64,000 nt of DNA from Catajapyx aquilonaris. Lineage: Eukaryota. Under the pieces are notes generated by a model. It saw only the letters and a list, made by a program, of their open reading frames with translations, was not told the DNA's origin and ran no database searches. The translations under genes and the position numbers were made by a program. The DNA lies in assembly GCA_000934665.2 (NCBI GenBank), contig KZ538166.1, positions 1-64,000 of the forward strand, read 5' to 3'. Each line of letters begins with the position of its first letter. Position 1 is the stretch's first letter. Positions 1 to 15,400 of the stretch are shown piece after piece.

Positions 1-3000
1 GGGGGGAGGAGAAGGGGCTCAAAAAAAGAGTCTTGGAAATGGTGACATCCGTCCAAGAAATTGACAGGAGCTTTTCCGAGACTCACTCCAGGACGGGATA
101 AGGAATGACGAGTAGGGTCTGCGGTTCCAAATGGTATGGAAGCCCCTCCGTTCCGATAAAGAACTGAATTTCTAATCGAACAAAAAGAACGCCGAGGAAA
201 CTGTCGGCGCGGAAAACTCTCTTCCAGTCACGAGCCTCCTTTCTCATATTGATCGTTCAACTAGCAAACCTATATAAATAAGGGGGAGAAAAAAAATCTG
301 GGACTGAGGAAATGAAGGGAAAGCTTTTTTTTCAACAAAAAAAATGTTATGCCTAATATTTGTGGAGAGGATAGCGAAAGTTCCGGATTTCTGTCAAATG
401 CGTTTGCAAAAATTTTGTACCTTGAGTTGGGATTGAAATTTGCGGTAACATTGTGAACGCCTATTAAACCGCGACAACTGGAGTATAGGACGAATCGAAA
501 GCACAAAATAATGCTGCTGGATACAATTTAAGGTGTTTGTTTTGTATATGCCTACTGAATTTTTGTTATCACAGCATGTTAAGCGTATCAACTCTCGCAC
601 TGTACTTTGTTGGTGTATTATGCCAAGCGTATCAACATTGTGGTGTTTCTGGCCATACTGTGTTTTGCTCTCTGTGCTATGAAAATATTGCCCAGTCTGT
701 AAAATTGATTACACTGTAAGTCACTGCTCTGTTTCGTCAAATATTTGTTTTCAGTTATTACTATGTAAAAAAATGGTACTCCATGCAATGGCTTATGGTT
801 TCATCCTGTATTTCCGTCTCTAATACCCCAAGATCACTCGCTGCACTTTAAAAAGTCGGACGACATACATTTTTGCTGACATGTTTGTTTCTAGAAGGAC
901 TTATGTTACGCTGTATTTATTTGCGAAAAAATGCTTTGTCCCTTTAATAGCCTGCGGTCCAATCAAGAGCGTTAATGAATATAAGGTCTGGCGAACGAGA
1001 AAGGAGAAACCCGTTGGGAAACAGTAATCTTTTTAAATTGAGTTCCCTTAAGAAGTTTGGCCCTCCCAGCTAGATTGGAAGTTATGATGGCAATGCAATG
1101 TCAACTCATGGCCCAGCCTGCACTTTATGGCGCGTGATTGCAGGGAGAGCAGCCATTAGGAATGTCATCCTCGCCAAGAGGGAATCTCTGCCCGCAGGGG
1201 ATGGGGCAAAAAAACAGGGGGCTTCCATCCATCATAGCACGAGGTACACACCACACACCTCATATTAGACTAGCAACCGTATACTGTACCTGGTGCTCCA
1301 GAATAGATACGTTGCATTTCTGCTTCCCGCCACCGGGTCTAATGTCACAACAGCTTGCTTTGCTTATATGCAGTGCCCAGCTTTAAAGCGAACATCTCGA
1401 CAAGCTGCGTCCTGTAACTTTGTGTTTCTGTATCCGACCGCAAGGGTTCACTGACTTCAACACTATTCTGCATTTGCAAACAGTCTTTGAGTACAGGCAC
1501 TATGATAGCTAGTTTACAAACTGTATGAAAGCCAAGTTATTATCAAACTTGTCTGAATGAGCGGATATTTTTTCCCTCGAACCAGGCATTATGGATGAAC
1601 CTGCGTAGATAACCCTTTGACATGTTATCGCGTGTATTGGGAGGATTATGTAAAAGAAAATCCCCTGGAGTATATTGCGTGTTGGCAGGTATTTTTTGTT
1701 GGCAGGTAATGTAAAAAATATTTTGATGTGCTTTGTTCCCTCGGGGGATTTATAATATGGCTAAAAGTTACTTGCAACTGGGCTCATTACCATATCATAA
1801 CCGAGAACTAAATTAATATACTGCTGCCGTTATTATTGTACGCCATCCATTGCTAAACACATTTGTTGGTTATAATATGTGCTCTGTTAACACCGTGTTT
1901 AGTATCATATTGCGGTTAGTGCATCTACAGCACAAGCATAAATTAGGCTCTCCATTAATCCTGTCAGATATTAATAAGCGTTGAGCACCTACTAGTATGT
2001 ATTATATTTACTAAGCAAATCAATTCGAAATGATTCATTTTGCAAATTGTTGCTTAAGTTGTACAGTACATCATAAGCTGTCCTTATACCTGTCCTTTGA
2101 GTTCTCTAAAGTACCTTTGAGAAGTCCATGGGCAGAAAACCAGGAACCTTCAAGCTAATTCCGCGCCTTGGGAATCAACTACTCGTACCATTAGTGGAAC
2201 CAAGTATTAGGCTTTGCTTGGCTCCTTTTCCTCCGGTTTCGGCCTTGTCAAGATGTTCATGCCAAGCATTTTCTAATGCCTGGAGCGCCTGTAGGTTATA
2301 TGGCCGGTACTACAAGTGTGCTGTTGTCTATAGGTCAGGATGAAGTGTACCAATATGAAAAAGTGGATTGTATATTTGGGTACTTACCGAGAGGCTATAT
2401 GTATGGCTTAAAATATTATCTAATTATTGTAGCTGATTAAAAATATTGAGGACAGATTATTATCACGGTGGGACAAAATTGATGATGTGGAACCCCCCCT
2501 CAACGTAAGCATTTGACACGCTGATGCTTGACACCCTAATTTTTAAGTGTTGTTGCGGCAGTTATTGATCATACCTCGGTCCTTAAACGTCCAGAATTTA
2601 TAGTTTGCCTTGCCATTTTGAGCAAGTTGGCGCGCACTAGAAGAGCCCTGGCAACGGGTGGGGTTTACGCGCTTGAAATTCAGGCTGTTGGTAGGGGGTG
2701 GGGGGGGGGGNGTGGAATATTGCGACAAAAGAAAAGGGGCGACAGCGGTTGACACCCCGTCATTGTCGCGCTTGCTTTTCGGGAGAGTAGCCCTGGGGGA
2801 CCCATCCACCAGCCGAGGAAAGGTTTGGGAAGGGGGGTGGGGGATTGTTGGGAAGCGAATCAGCTTCGCCTAGGACCAGTTTTATGATAGAGGACAAGTG
2901 GACCCACACACTTGCTGAAAAAAAAAGAAAACCTTTTGCACGTGTACCCACTACCTGTTCATATACATCATCAACTGGGCAGAGCCTGCTGTTATCACTT

Positions 3001-6000
3001 TACTAGCTTGTTTTTCGAGATTAAGCCATGCACTAGGTAGATTTGATGGTATGGTGAATGACCAGCGTTTTGTAAAGATAATATTTGTTTTTAACAAACA
3101 GGCTCCATACATGCTCCACACTGAAGAAAAAAACATGGGGGTGAGAGTGTAGCATGTGATGTGGTTTGAGGTCCAGATTATATTTCCCTGTTTACTCCAA
3201 CATGAAAGGAAATCCACTGTGCCTAAAAAATGTATCGCAAACCCATCTCCATAAACCCTCACATACGTACCCCTCCCTGGGTAGCTATATGTCTCCTTGG
3301 CAACCATCTGACGCATCTTACTCAAAAACGGACCCTTTTTTATACAAGATCGTACAATGTTTTTTTTGGGGGTGGGGGGTGGGGGGGTTGGACCTATGAC
3401 CTGAAGCTATTCGCCGCACAGATCGAGTCGTGCTGATTACTACCTTTTTTGCACGCCATGCAGGGACAGACTTGATGTAGAGTAAAGCAATGATTTGCGT
3501 GGGCGTGGGGTGCCTATGGGGTTCTGCTGTACGGGGGGTATGGTTCCAGGGTTGGGTGTGAGGGTAGAGGGGGTGCACGGTTCGATGCAGGATATCCCTC
3601 GGACCGGAATGAAGGCACTGGCAGATAAGCCGAGCCCTGGTAGGCCCAGAAGCGTGATAACACGTGCTGTGCATCATGCATTGCAAAAATAGTACCACCT
3701 CCCGGTATAAAGAATTGCGTTCCACATTGCGGAAACGATTCTCATTTTAATAACGTGCTGTGCACGTGAGGAACTAGCTGTGGGCCAAAAGTTTGGAGCG
3801 GCTAATTATTTTCAAGCTGCAAGCGGACAGATTTTTTTGTATTTTTTTAATAAAGGGAAAGAATTTTGTTACAAATACAGTGCGTTGCTGGAGTCCGTGT
3901 GAAATCATGTTGTACTTTTTATGTCGAATTGTATGCAGTGTTTGAAAGATAATGCAGTAAATGTAGAGTAACGATTTTGTGTCATGGGGGAACAGTATGT
4001 AGCTACTAATTGTTATGTTGTAGGCCTGCCATGTCTAGTCACTTAATCTGTCCAGTGAAGGCTCTTTGGCTTTACAAGCCATCATCCAGTCGTATCCAAT
4101 CCTTGACATGCTATCAGACACATCCCCTCAAAATGTGACTTCAAAAATGACAGTTTCGGAAAGCATTACAGTCATGACAGTGATACTTCGAACCATTCGT
4201 TCTGCTGTATACTAGCAGAGTCTACTCTCCACCCCCATACCACAGCTCGAACACACCGCACATTCTAAAGTTGAAAGGGACTTTTGTTGCACCGAGTATT
4301 TGCGGTCTGGAGGTTTTCCCAAACCCCAGGATTTGCAGTCGTGTTTCATTCATAGGGCAAGTTCCGCAGGAACAAATCGAACAGGCCCTACCGTAAAGCA
4401 TTGGATCAGCCCCTTTAGTCATATTGCATACAACAAGGTCCATAACAATACCCCTCTTTTTCCGCCCTTCTATTTTTTTTCCAGGAGAATCCAATTCGGA
4501 GTGAAGAAAAGGGAAGGAGTTCAGCCGAAGGGAAAGGGAGTTGTTAGGTGAATGCACCGGATCGGAGAAACTATCTGGACAATCGAATTAGACCTGACGA
4601 CCATATCCGGGGGAAAGGGGAGGGGGGGAGTTATTTAAGGAATCGAAAAGTTTGGACTCCAGGGCAATTTACCCGCTCGGGTCCCCGCATCCCAGCAATG
4701 AATCGTCGCCGATTTTATGGCATGCGAATAGTCGGCAAGTAAAATGAGATTGGGATTAGCGTGATGATGATGCGCCTTAGAGGTCGATTTTTTCCGGGCC
4801 ATGTCCCGTAATGTGCCCAGGGGCTTCTTTCGGATTGAACCTTGGTCGCCAGCCGGGGTCAATGGCGATAGACTTGCCCCGACCCCCGAGCATCTGCTTA
4901 CTTATCCCAACTCCAGGTTTTAAGGGTGCCATTATCCCAGTTTACGTGTGGGGATAGGTGAACCCATCGGTCTGGTTTAATGGAGGCCGCTGGTAAAAGT
5001 TGTCTCAGAGCTTGGCACGACATTGTGCATTCAGGACCGACCTATAATATTTTTTTTGAAAGCTGTAAACATGGTGACCTCATTCATGTTTGCGTTTTTT
5101 TAAAGTGTACATAAGTGATGGCTGCTTGCGTGGTTCGTGGCGCAATGCAATAACACGGTTTATAATGCGGCTTGCCACCATTTTATATTGTGACGTGGGG
5201 TCATCACAGCAGCAGTCAAAAACAGGTGTGATGTTATTGTGTTGTCCGTTGGCGAGGGGATGCAAGCAGGAACACACTCAGACGAAATGTTACATAATTT
5301 GCTGAAGGCCCTTTTGTTTCAAATACGGCACATTGTGCCAGAGGGTAGAGGCATATATTCGACAGCAATAGTTACAGCACGGGGACATGTGGGTAACCTC
5401 CCCGTGCTTGCTTGTGGCTGTGGTAACAACACCATAGAGTCAACAGTTTAAATACCGTGTACACATGTGCATACGATGACTGTATGGATGAGGTATGGGT
5501 GGGCGGGAGCAGGCGAGAGGGTAAGCGCAAATCAACAACTGAACTCACTGCGGTTAGCTGCACTTTGGCCACTTCTAGCGTCACTACCGGCTACCATCCA
5601 CTTTACACCATCTCGCAAACCCAACATGGGTTTTCAAAAGTCATTTTTAGGGGGGTCGGCTGGGGCCAGCAGTCCATCTGAACATTTCTAATTACAAATC
5701 TAATTCCACCGCATGTTTCATAACTTCCGAACACCCTGTGGGACCTTTCGCCAACCCTGTACATTTTGGCGTTACAACTAGTGTGAGAAATGTCTTGGGA
5801 ACGACCGGTTGGAAAAAAAAGCCCCAGCTTATCGCAGCTATTAACCTTTTACTTTAGGGAGGTAAAGGGGGCGCATAATAGGACTGTCAACTAATTCACA
5901 GAGCAGCCTGATAATCCCTGGCAACGGGAGTTGAGCCGCACAGCGCCATGTGCCTTGAAATATTCCTGGCATTAATTTCCATGTGCAGTACAAACAGATT

Positions 6001-9000
6001 TAACCAGGAGCGGGGAGGTTTCACTCAGTTAGGACATTCCAAATGCAGCCTGGGCTTTTCTACTGGGTTGGGGGGTGGGGGTGAAAGTGTGTATGTGAAA
6101 GAAGGGGTGGACAGGATGGGAATGATTGGGCCCAAGTCCAAGTCGGACAGTGGCCACCACATGACTGGGCTCGAATCCAACTCGGCGATAATAAACTAGG
6201 CTCGGACATTGTTCCTCCCTGGTGTACCGGGGGCAAGAATGACATGGAGGTCGCTACTCGTGGGACTTTGGTGAGGATGTTTGCCTTACTGAAACCCAGC
6301 CTTTATCGCGTCTGGAGTCGAGGATTAGCGTCGTTTTTGCCCTCGCGCCTTGGAAGGGGGTCGTCGCAAAAGTGAGCGTTGCTTACAGGGGGGAGAGGGG
6401 GTGGTTAAAATGGCGGAATTTTTGCGGGCGTCTTTTATGGACGACCCCCGAGGCGGTGCATGGAAATGAAAAAAAAGAGGAGAAAATAAAGAAAAGGAAA
6501 ATGGGAGTCGGATTTTTACACGCCTGACAAATTTATTGTTCTTCCTTCAATCGAATGAAAGGCGGCGGCGAATGGAGGCGGGTGGTAGCAGCTGTTGTCT
6601 GGAGCTGCTGCAGCGGAACTGGCAAAATATCGATGGCTTCTGGTGGCGGTGGATATGGAGCTTAGGAAGTCAGTGCACTGCAGCCCTAACTGACCTTACC
6701 TTTTGCAATCCATTTTATTGGAGACCCCAGGGCATGCAGCGGCATGTTGACAAAACAAAGGAGGCTTACCCTTCACTATATTGATGAGAGTAAAGTGGCG
6801 GTTAATGAATTAATGCACTGCTTAATGTAAATTAGTGGTTGAGATATTTACATCTTTGTGTAATGTGCTCAGTCACGTATGCGCTTTGATGTGTACCATA
6901 CACACTACATTACACTTGCTGTTCATTAAAAGGTAAACAAACCTAGTCCGCCACAGGCCCTATTCAACTCATCGTGCCTGTTGACCCTTGCACACATTTT
7001 GTATTAGCGAGAGAGCGTATAAAACCGCTTCCGAAATTCACCCCACTTAGAACCATGTTGCCACCTCTGCTTCGTGTTTGCAATACTAGGTGAAACATTT
7101 CAGAATTGCTTTACATTTTTTGAGCTAGTTACGTCTATTGCATTTCAGTCCACGCCGCTTTTTGTAACTTTTCACTGGGTGCAGAGCCAGGGGAATACTC
7201 TAATGATTGCTACTTCAAAACCGTGGCCGCCACAAATAACGTATTTCCCCTTTTCCAATAACGATCGACTAGTGGAGAAGCATGAGGCCAGCTTTGTTTC
7301 CTCGCCACTATGCTGGAAAATGCAGCACCGTGTTTATACAGTATGTGCGTATCTGCTGCAGTATTACTTGCATCTACATTAAACCTGTTGTATACTTATA
7401 AACTGTCACAAAAGTTGCTCCCCTAAACGAGATCCATATGCACGTGAAAAATGATTATGATATTTAATTTATAGTCCTGTAGTGTCATCGTAGGAGGTTT
7501 CTACCTGCTCACATCTTGTGACTGGCATTGTAACTTGAAAATTTGGAACCCCCTGTACTGCATAGGAATAATTAGAAGTGTTAGAAACTTCTGTGGGTTT
7601 AGCAAGATAGTGTGAGGAAAGAGGTGAGATTTCAAAAGGCGTGGGAGTGTGAAATGTGAGGCTTCGGTGTTAGTGCCAAAATCCCCTGTGGGTTTCTGGT
7701 ACTAGAGAGGATTGGAGGGTGTGAAAGGAAGTGATTGAGTCCTTTTGCATGATGCAGGGCTTCCTTCGAATTGTTGGCTGGTTAAGTGGAAATAGTTGGA
7801 GCGAAAGTAGCGCTTCTTTTCCTTTCGGTGATCGAGAAGGCCTCCCAAATGAAGGCTCGGATTCCTTTTTTTCCCCTTCTTCTCCCCCTTTTTTTCACTC
7901 CCTACCCTACCCCTCCTCTCCCTCACCCTTGCCTCAAGAGAACCGTCCTGTGTACGGCACTGATTTAATCTTCCGGGCACAAAGGATGTCGGAAAGTGGT
8001 GAATCGGTTTTCTAGACTCAAGCCGCATTTTCACCCTTAGAGTTCGCTCGAATTTCAAAGCCACTCACCTGTAGCCTATTCTACGCCAATGCATCCCTTG
8101 TGCTGTCTTCTTTTCATCAGACCTGCAGAGGGATTTTATCTGCCGATTGCCACGTATTGGAAAAGAATTTTTCTTTTTCTCCGACGTACCATCTTGCAAG
8201 TGAGGAATATCCTCGATCTTTGCCTTCCGCTGCAGTTTATCCATTCTTATCATCTGCGCCAGCCTCACCAAAATGTCTCCGATTTCATTCTAGAGAGTGT
8301 CTTTAATCGCACTAGAGACCTCGTCGTGGAATAGACCTTGACGTCAACCGCTTAGTAAAAAGGAAGCAATATTTCAAAGTGTATTCAATCTTTTATTCTT
8401 TCGATGTGGTAAAAATGCATTAATGAAATTGTATGTAAATAGCGCGGTATTGAAAAATGTATGACATTATTGAAGGCAGAATTACTTAAAATTAATTTCC
8501 GCTGAGCACAATGGGCCCATAGTTCCTTGAAATTACCCCCATCCGGAATAAGCGCTAATTGTGCGAGATACTGTTGCATGCCAGCTAATATTGATTTGCC
8601 TGGAGTCAGATATACAGGACCACGTTTAAAGCGCTTGGCGGGAAGCCGCAAACGCAATTTTTGTGTGATCCAGCAGATGGCCCTGTCACAGACCGGGTTT
8701 CTCTCGGGTTCACATGTTCTGTATCATGGCGGCGGACTATCCGTGGAAATTGTTAGTCCTATACTACACGAGTCTCCGGGGCGATTGTTCAGTCAGTGTT
8801 CAAGCGCTTCAGGCGAATAGTGGGCTCGTTAGTATTAGCCCTGTGGTATTAGCAGAACGGCTCCTCACGCGGTGTCGCGGAAGCGTGTGTGGGGGGTGAA
8901 TAAAGGCCACGATGACCAAAGTTGGCGGCTAGCCCTAAGACCTAGAGGTTTTTGTAGGTACGATAGTGTTTAGAGTACAGTATTCTGCAAGTGGCCACCA

Positions 9001-12000
9001 GTAACCCAGCTTATGATTAAATCCTTCATGAAGGCCCACTGACTGAAACGAAGGGACGTGAGTGGGCTGGTGGTGGGATGGTATTGTGACGATGAATGCA
9101 AAGGAAACTATCTCATAATTGATAATATTAGTAGAGAAGCAACCTAACTTAAACTTTCGACTGAAACCTACTTCTGCACAATTCACACACAGCAATATAC
9201 TGTGTAACTTTTCGCAGAGCCCTCTGGTAACACAACTGAAACTTATAATACGTATGAGACGCCTCCACCAGTTTGATTTTGAGAACAAGACCTTGAATGG
9301 AGCAGTCTGCTTGACATGAAACTTTTTCTGGAGGCTTTCAATGTGCACTTGAGTAACGGCGAGTCCCATACTTTAGGAAGTGCCGAGACTGGAGTGATAT
9401 AAGGCGTGTAGGTGAAAATTTCCCCTAACTCAGACCTAAGATCCGCTTTCAGGAGACTAACTTTGCCTGGGGCCTTGTTACAGTGAGCAACGCGGCAGCT
9501 TTTCCTTGCACAGGAGCACCATTAGGAAGGCAGCCCGGGCGTTGTCCCGGATGCATCTCCCCTTATATTCAAAAGAGCCTTCTCCTCCCTCCCTCCCACT
9601 GACTACCATTCCCTCCACTACTACTAGAGGTGGTAACTGAGAGAGGCTAGATGGAAAGTGCACCATACTAGTGCAAAGTGGCGTGTAATGAGCCTGCTTA
9701 GGCCTCTCCGATAGCCTAAAACCCAGTGCCCCCTGTTAGCCTAATTCGGACCCCACGGTTGCAACTTCATTAAGTGGACAGTTTACATTGAAAAGCTAAA
9801 AGCCTTGCAACTGGACATATCTAGAGCCATCATCGTTTATGTCGAGTGTTTATTACGGCGTTATTCATGGCTCCACTCCGTCCCCCAAGTGGTGTTCATC
9901 AATAATTCCTGGACTACTAAGCTTGCTCTTGGCCCTGCCGTTTCTCCGTCGAATTCTCCTCCGACTGGATTGGAGTTCAATAGCAGGAATTATTATCAGT
10001 GCCGGCTCAATTGTTACGTTGTTTGCCTGTAAAGGCGGGTAATTGAATGCCGCCGGGTAACGATTGTCTGCGCTTTTGTACTAGTTCACGTTTGTCGTGT
10101 AATCAAGGAAGACGCGTCAATTTCACCGCATTCCCCTAATTGCTTGTAATTTACTTGCGTTTGCAGATCCATCCCCTGCAAGGATGGGACGATCAAGTGC
10201 GCTCTAAATGGGTACAATTGCTGCGTGATCCAATCTATTTACGCAGGTTTCCATGTTTGCGTGCCCATATTTTTTTTCTACCTCAGCTTGTCGGCATTGC
10301 CTTTGACGTTTGGTGCTATACCGAAATACGGAATGAAATGTCCCACTGGCACGTCCACTTCCCTATCAGCACGGTACAAAAAAAGGCTAGCTTGATTCCC
10401 CAATTATCCACCGGGGAGATTCACGGCGTCCTCTGCCCTTTCATGTTCTTGACTTGAATTGGCTATGCCACACACCATATTAACTCTAGTAATAAGCTTC
10501 GGTATAGAAATCCTACAGAACGTTACTATGCCACAGCCTCTCGGTGCTAGATCATGTGCGTGATTGAACAGTCCCCCAAAAAATATTAAATGTGACCCAG
10601 AGTCACGCAACTTTTTTGACCTGATATTCTATCAGGCCACCTTGTCAAGATGTTCACGTTTATCTTGACTGCGTGTTCTTTGGCACTTGTGAATTCCCCC
10701 CCCCCNCCCCCCCCCCCCCTGCTTAATCCTAAGAGGCAAGAGACAGAATGGCATGTCCATTACCTTCTTGCTTGTGAACATGGCTGAGGTCGTGTTAAAC
10801 ACTTGTTTCTTTTTGAGTGTTCACTATTTGGGAGAACCGGTTTATGGTAGGCTCGGTTAGATATTGAGGAAGGTTTAAATAGCACTGAGAGGTTCGTGTC
10901 AAATCCATTCTTTCTTTTTTCCTCTGGCGGGTTCGTAAAACGGAAAAGTGGGTGGGGGTTAGGAGAGCAGATAAGAGTGAATTAATTTGAGAGGGGGACC
11001 CAGCATGCGGTGCGAATCCGAAAAATCTTCGAGAGTGGTGGCTCTTTTCCTCATTGTAATGCAATCGGAGAGTGTCATATGGTGGGCTGGTTGATTACAA
11101 AAGCAGAGAAGGGAAAATGGCGGCTGAACTCTATCTCTGCCATTCTTCTAGGGTGGTGTCACTTTTTGGGTGTCACTGTGTGAAAATTCTTATTGATCCT
11201 GTTCGCAACTGGTGATGTGTACGTTTGTTGAACCAACGAGTGAACAGAGTCAATAGCAGAGCTGCCTGTAGGAACGCTGGGGCATATTGAATTATAGGAT
11301 GAAAATTGCAATTCTCGCACCAGGCTGAAGCTTATTTCATTCCTGTCAGGTTTATTACTTCCGTACAACAGGAACATATTACTATGCGGTAATGGGTGGT
11401 TTTTTTGGGCACAAAAAATTAGGGACCACAACGGTTTGAACTATTCAAATTTTGTTTTTTATGGTTTTTTTGGGGTCCCCTTTTCGCTGGAATTTTTTGC
11501 GGTAGAACAAATGTCAACTAGATCGAATGGCGGTACACCGCACTACAAAACATAAGCCCTGGAGATTTGTTGACGTTGATTCACGCGATGGATTTTGCAC
11601 TGGTATCAAAATAAACTTTTGTGCTTTATGCACTAGTGTTTAGGAGCAGTTTCTGTCATTAATTGTGTTGTTTATGGAGCACATAAACATGTCACGATTC
11701 AACCCGATCGTTGGGTGGATAATATTAATGTCGCGTACCGAAGCACATGTCTCACAATCTGTAGATTCAGTATGTAGACGTTTACATTTTTCATATTTTG
11801 CAACCAGAATTACACGCATGTATAATTAAAAATCCACGAGCGAGCACTTTTCTTACAAAATAACCCACTGGTAGTAACTTCCAAGGTCTCACTACAGGGT
11901 AGAGCTTATTTCCAAATCTGAATTTTTTTCCGTAAGAAACAGAAAGACCCTTGCTAAATGGGACATATTTGAAAAAATATGCTGGCTAGGAAGTTGCAGA

Positions 12001-12352
12001 ACAAAACGCAATCGATAATCAATCAGACTGCGTTTTGTGCCCAGGATTTTAATGACGTGATTTCAGCCAACTGCTGGAAATGGGAGGGTTGCAATTAGAC
12101 TTGTCGACTCCCCAACTCGGTCCATTGTGCGACGTGCCCATGCAGGCCCTTTCAGAAGGGGTGGTGAGGAGTAGGGGTGTGTATAGGGGCGGGTAGAAAT
12201 AATCCCTTGGATGCAACCCAGAGCCCTGCTTGAGCTGAAGAATGGTACGCCTTTCATTTGCACGCAGCAATGACTTTATCGAGCTTCAACCCTCCAACCA
12301 TACGGTTAATTGCCACGCTCTCTGCCACGATGAGCTTTTGAAGCTGGTAGCT

Positions 12353-12353
<1 letters not shown>

Positions 12354-12399
<46 letters not shown>
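12354..12399. repeat. (CT)n microsatellite
   Basis: About 23 uninterrupted CT units. Confidence 0.95.
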
Positions 12400-12403
<4 letters not shown>

Positions 12404-15400
12404 CGCAATAGAAAGTGGCTTGCCTGACGGTATAGAGGGCACTGAGGTTATAGGGAAGCAACGCGGAGGCTTTTCCTTCGGGCAATTTAACATACTGCAC
12501 TACCAAATGTCTTTATACTCCTGCAGGGAAAGCTTGTAAATTAAATGCAAGGGCGTCAAACCCGGAGCATTATTCTCGCGGCTGCAATTAATCCTAAACA
12601 AGAGGGCTTTTGCTCCTTTATTAGAAATAACTTCAGGAACCAAACCTGGTAGCGGCGGTTCTCTTTGCCCTATTTATAAGGGACATATCATGTTCAAAAC
12701 CCACGCGATTCAGTAGGAATTTGAGCATTACTTGACCATGCCATTTCAAGTGACCTGAGTAGAAGTGCATGCTCACTATAATAGTCAAAAACTTACTAGT
12801 AAGGAGGAAGCATATTTTCTCCTTATCTTCACCTTACTAGAATTCTAACGCGAGTAGGGTATACAATTGTCAGAAACTTTTTTTCGGTGTACATAACCAA
12901 ATATTAATAATGCAAGCACATTGTGCGAGTACAGCACTTTTTCTCTTTACTCGCTGACTTGAAAGGCTTTCTGAAATATTTTGGAATATTCTACAATATT
13001 TCTTGGTCAGCTTTGATGCCATAATAACTAGCGCAACGTCAAATTAAATTTTTCGAGTGTTTTAGAAACTTACATTTTTAAGATCACATTCAGAACAAAC
13101 ACTGTTAAAAGCATATCTGATCTTGAGTCATCTGACGAAAAAGATCACTCTTTAACATGGCAAAACGACGCCATGATGGGTTGAGCTCCGGTTGAGCTCC
13201 AACCCCTCTTTAGAACGACCATCCAACTAATCTCCGAGAGTCGTCAAATCTTCCCCGCCTTAATCACTTTTGTCCTTATAATAAAGTCCAGGAATGAAGG
13301 AGGACTTGGTAGCTACCGGGGACGAGTTGCGCCAATTAATTTAATTATAACCGTCGTGGAAATCTGCAGCGAGAACGATTTGGCTAAGCAATTTGACAGT
13401 TTGGCACGCAGCAGACGCCAGCATTGCCTCCACCGGCCATTAGCCGCGAGCCATAATTACACACGTTTCCCGGGTCCCTGCCCTTAACAATGCTAGTCAT
13501 TACGTGAAAAGTCTATGTGGAAAAGGGACAGCACTTGGCCGGCTCGGGGAACGCAAATTAACCATCAATCTTCGCCGTGTCGTTCTGTTAATAGACCGAC
13601 AAGCAAGACCCGGCGGGATAAGCCGAGTTGGTATCAAACGATCCGTGGAGACACCCCCTCGTAGAAAGTACAGGGGGCAGTAGTCAGAGGGGGCGGAATG
13701 TTGGACCCTGCCTGCCAGCCGTCACACTTAAGGCCTGACTTTACGTGGAGAAACTTCAGCATTGCCAACACTACTGCTGGCTACTTTGCCAGGTGCTTTT
13801 ACCAAATTGTTGATTGTTTTCATTAATTGGCAATGGAAGTGTCATGGAAAAATCAAATATTTAAAAAAAACAGTTTCGATATTATCCAAAGAAAATAGGC
13901 AGACAGAAAATGATGGCGTTCTGGCTCATTATAACTCTTCCGGGATTAATGGACTTCACCTAGCGATAGAACAGAAATATGCTACTTAATGGTGTAAACA
14001 GAAAACCTGTATGTCCACGATAGGGTTATCATAAGAGAAAAAAATGAGGTCACATTTCAAAGGGTATTGTATAATTTAAACCGTTTCAAGAAATATGCAC
14101 AATTCAGGACAGCTTGAATCATCCTTTTTGGTAGATTAATATTCTCAACTAGTTTCGTCCTGGACAGAAAATGTAAACAAGAAACGCCGTCACCAATTCC
14201 CTCCAGGGGGCAAAAGTATTGTTCGGGACATTATATGAAAAGGAGTCTCATAAATGACATCCAAATGAGTTTCTTTTTTTCCCTCCTCATTCTTCAGAAT
14301 GTTTTTACCGGGCTCGCTCTTCAACAGCTTATTTGCACAAGAATATACGCCAGAGATAAAGAAATGGGCATCTTTTTCTTATATTCTTGTGAGGCTGTAA
14401 TAATAGAAACGCCTGTCTTTTGCCTGGTGCAGTCACTTCAGCTGCCTGTTGACACTAGCTGGAGTGACAAGTACAAACTGAGTGCCACTCCCTATGTAGA
14501 ACCTTTGAAAAAGTGCTCTTTTCCATTCAACAAATTGTCATTTCAGGCATTGACCCGCCAGGTATATAGAACTACTTTTTTGAAGTATATTGCTTGACAT
14601 ATAAGGCCACTCCTTGTGCATGTGTGGCAGGTTATTTGGTCCGCATCGATTTTGTTTTCTTATTCAAGGCCGGCTTGGAATTGCCAATCCGAGAAGCTTA
14701 CCCAGACTTGATAAACATTATCCCTACAGACCATCCCTCAGATTGCCATTACGCTAAAAGCTCTGTTGTGATGGGAAGGAATCGTCGCAAGACTCTGGGA
14801 TCCCAAGGTTTGACGTGTCTGATTTGGTGTCCCTAGGCGCCCTTGTTTTCATCAGTCGGGTTCGAATTTTCCGAGGCGATGAGCTCGAAATGAAGTCAGA
14901 AACGTCGAGGCCCTTTTGCAGCCCACGTCACAGCTCAATTTCCGGGATCAGCCAATGCCAGATAACCGTGCCCATGATTGGTGGAAAGTGGTTCTTGAAG
15001 CGCAACACAATGTTTCTTGCGGGGAATTTTTTTACAGAGTTGGATCATTGCCAGGTAAGAGGATTCAGGGTAATATCCGATATATTTACGCACCATTGGC
15101 GCACCGAAGCGAACGGTATCGGACCATCGCTCATGATAATGATCCATGACTTGGTTAACTGCTGCGTTGCTGGTTGGCTGAGGGGGAAAAAAACTGGGGC
15201 GCACTGGTGTTGCAAAACATTGGCGACACAAATTTTGTTGCATGTGCAGTCTCGGTTTCATTTCCAACGGCTAGGGAAGCAGTCGTGTATAATAGTTGAA
15301 CCGCAAGTGGTGTTATGCATTCCATATATTTCCAACTCGCACCTTTACTAGGAGGGAAAAATTGCCAGGGGGTCAAAATGGCTGAGCATATTGTAGTCAC

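Noticed and set aside
2692..2712. Poly-G/C runs containing single N bases (2711, 10706, 58871)
   Set aside because: Most likely homopolymer sequencing or assembly ambiguity rather than biology.
8935..9369. 144 aa minus-strand ORF
   Set aside because: No recognisable motif or exon structure.
2243..10656. 17 bp exact match ccttgtcaagatgttca at 2243 and 10640
   Set aside because: The flanks do not align, and a single match of this length is plausible by chance in 64 kb.
14815..15351. 178 aa ORF with an internal CAG|GTAAGA donor-like site, considered as the missing upstream Ig exon
   Set aside because: None of the three frames shows Ig B/C-strand Cys/Trp motifs in the phase needed to join the 36866 exon.
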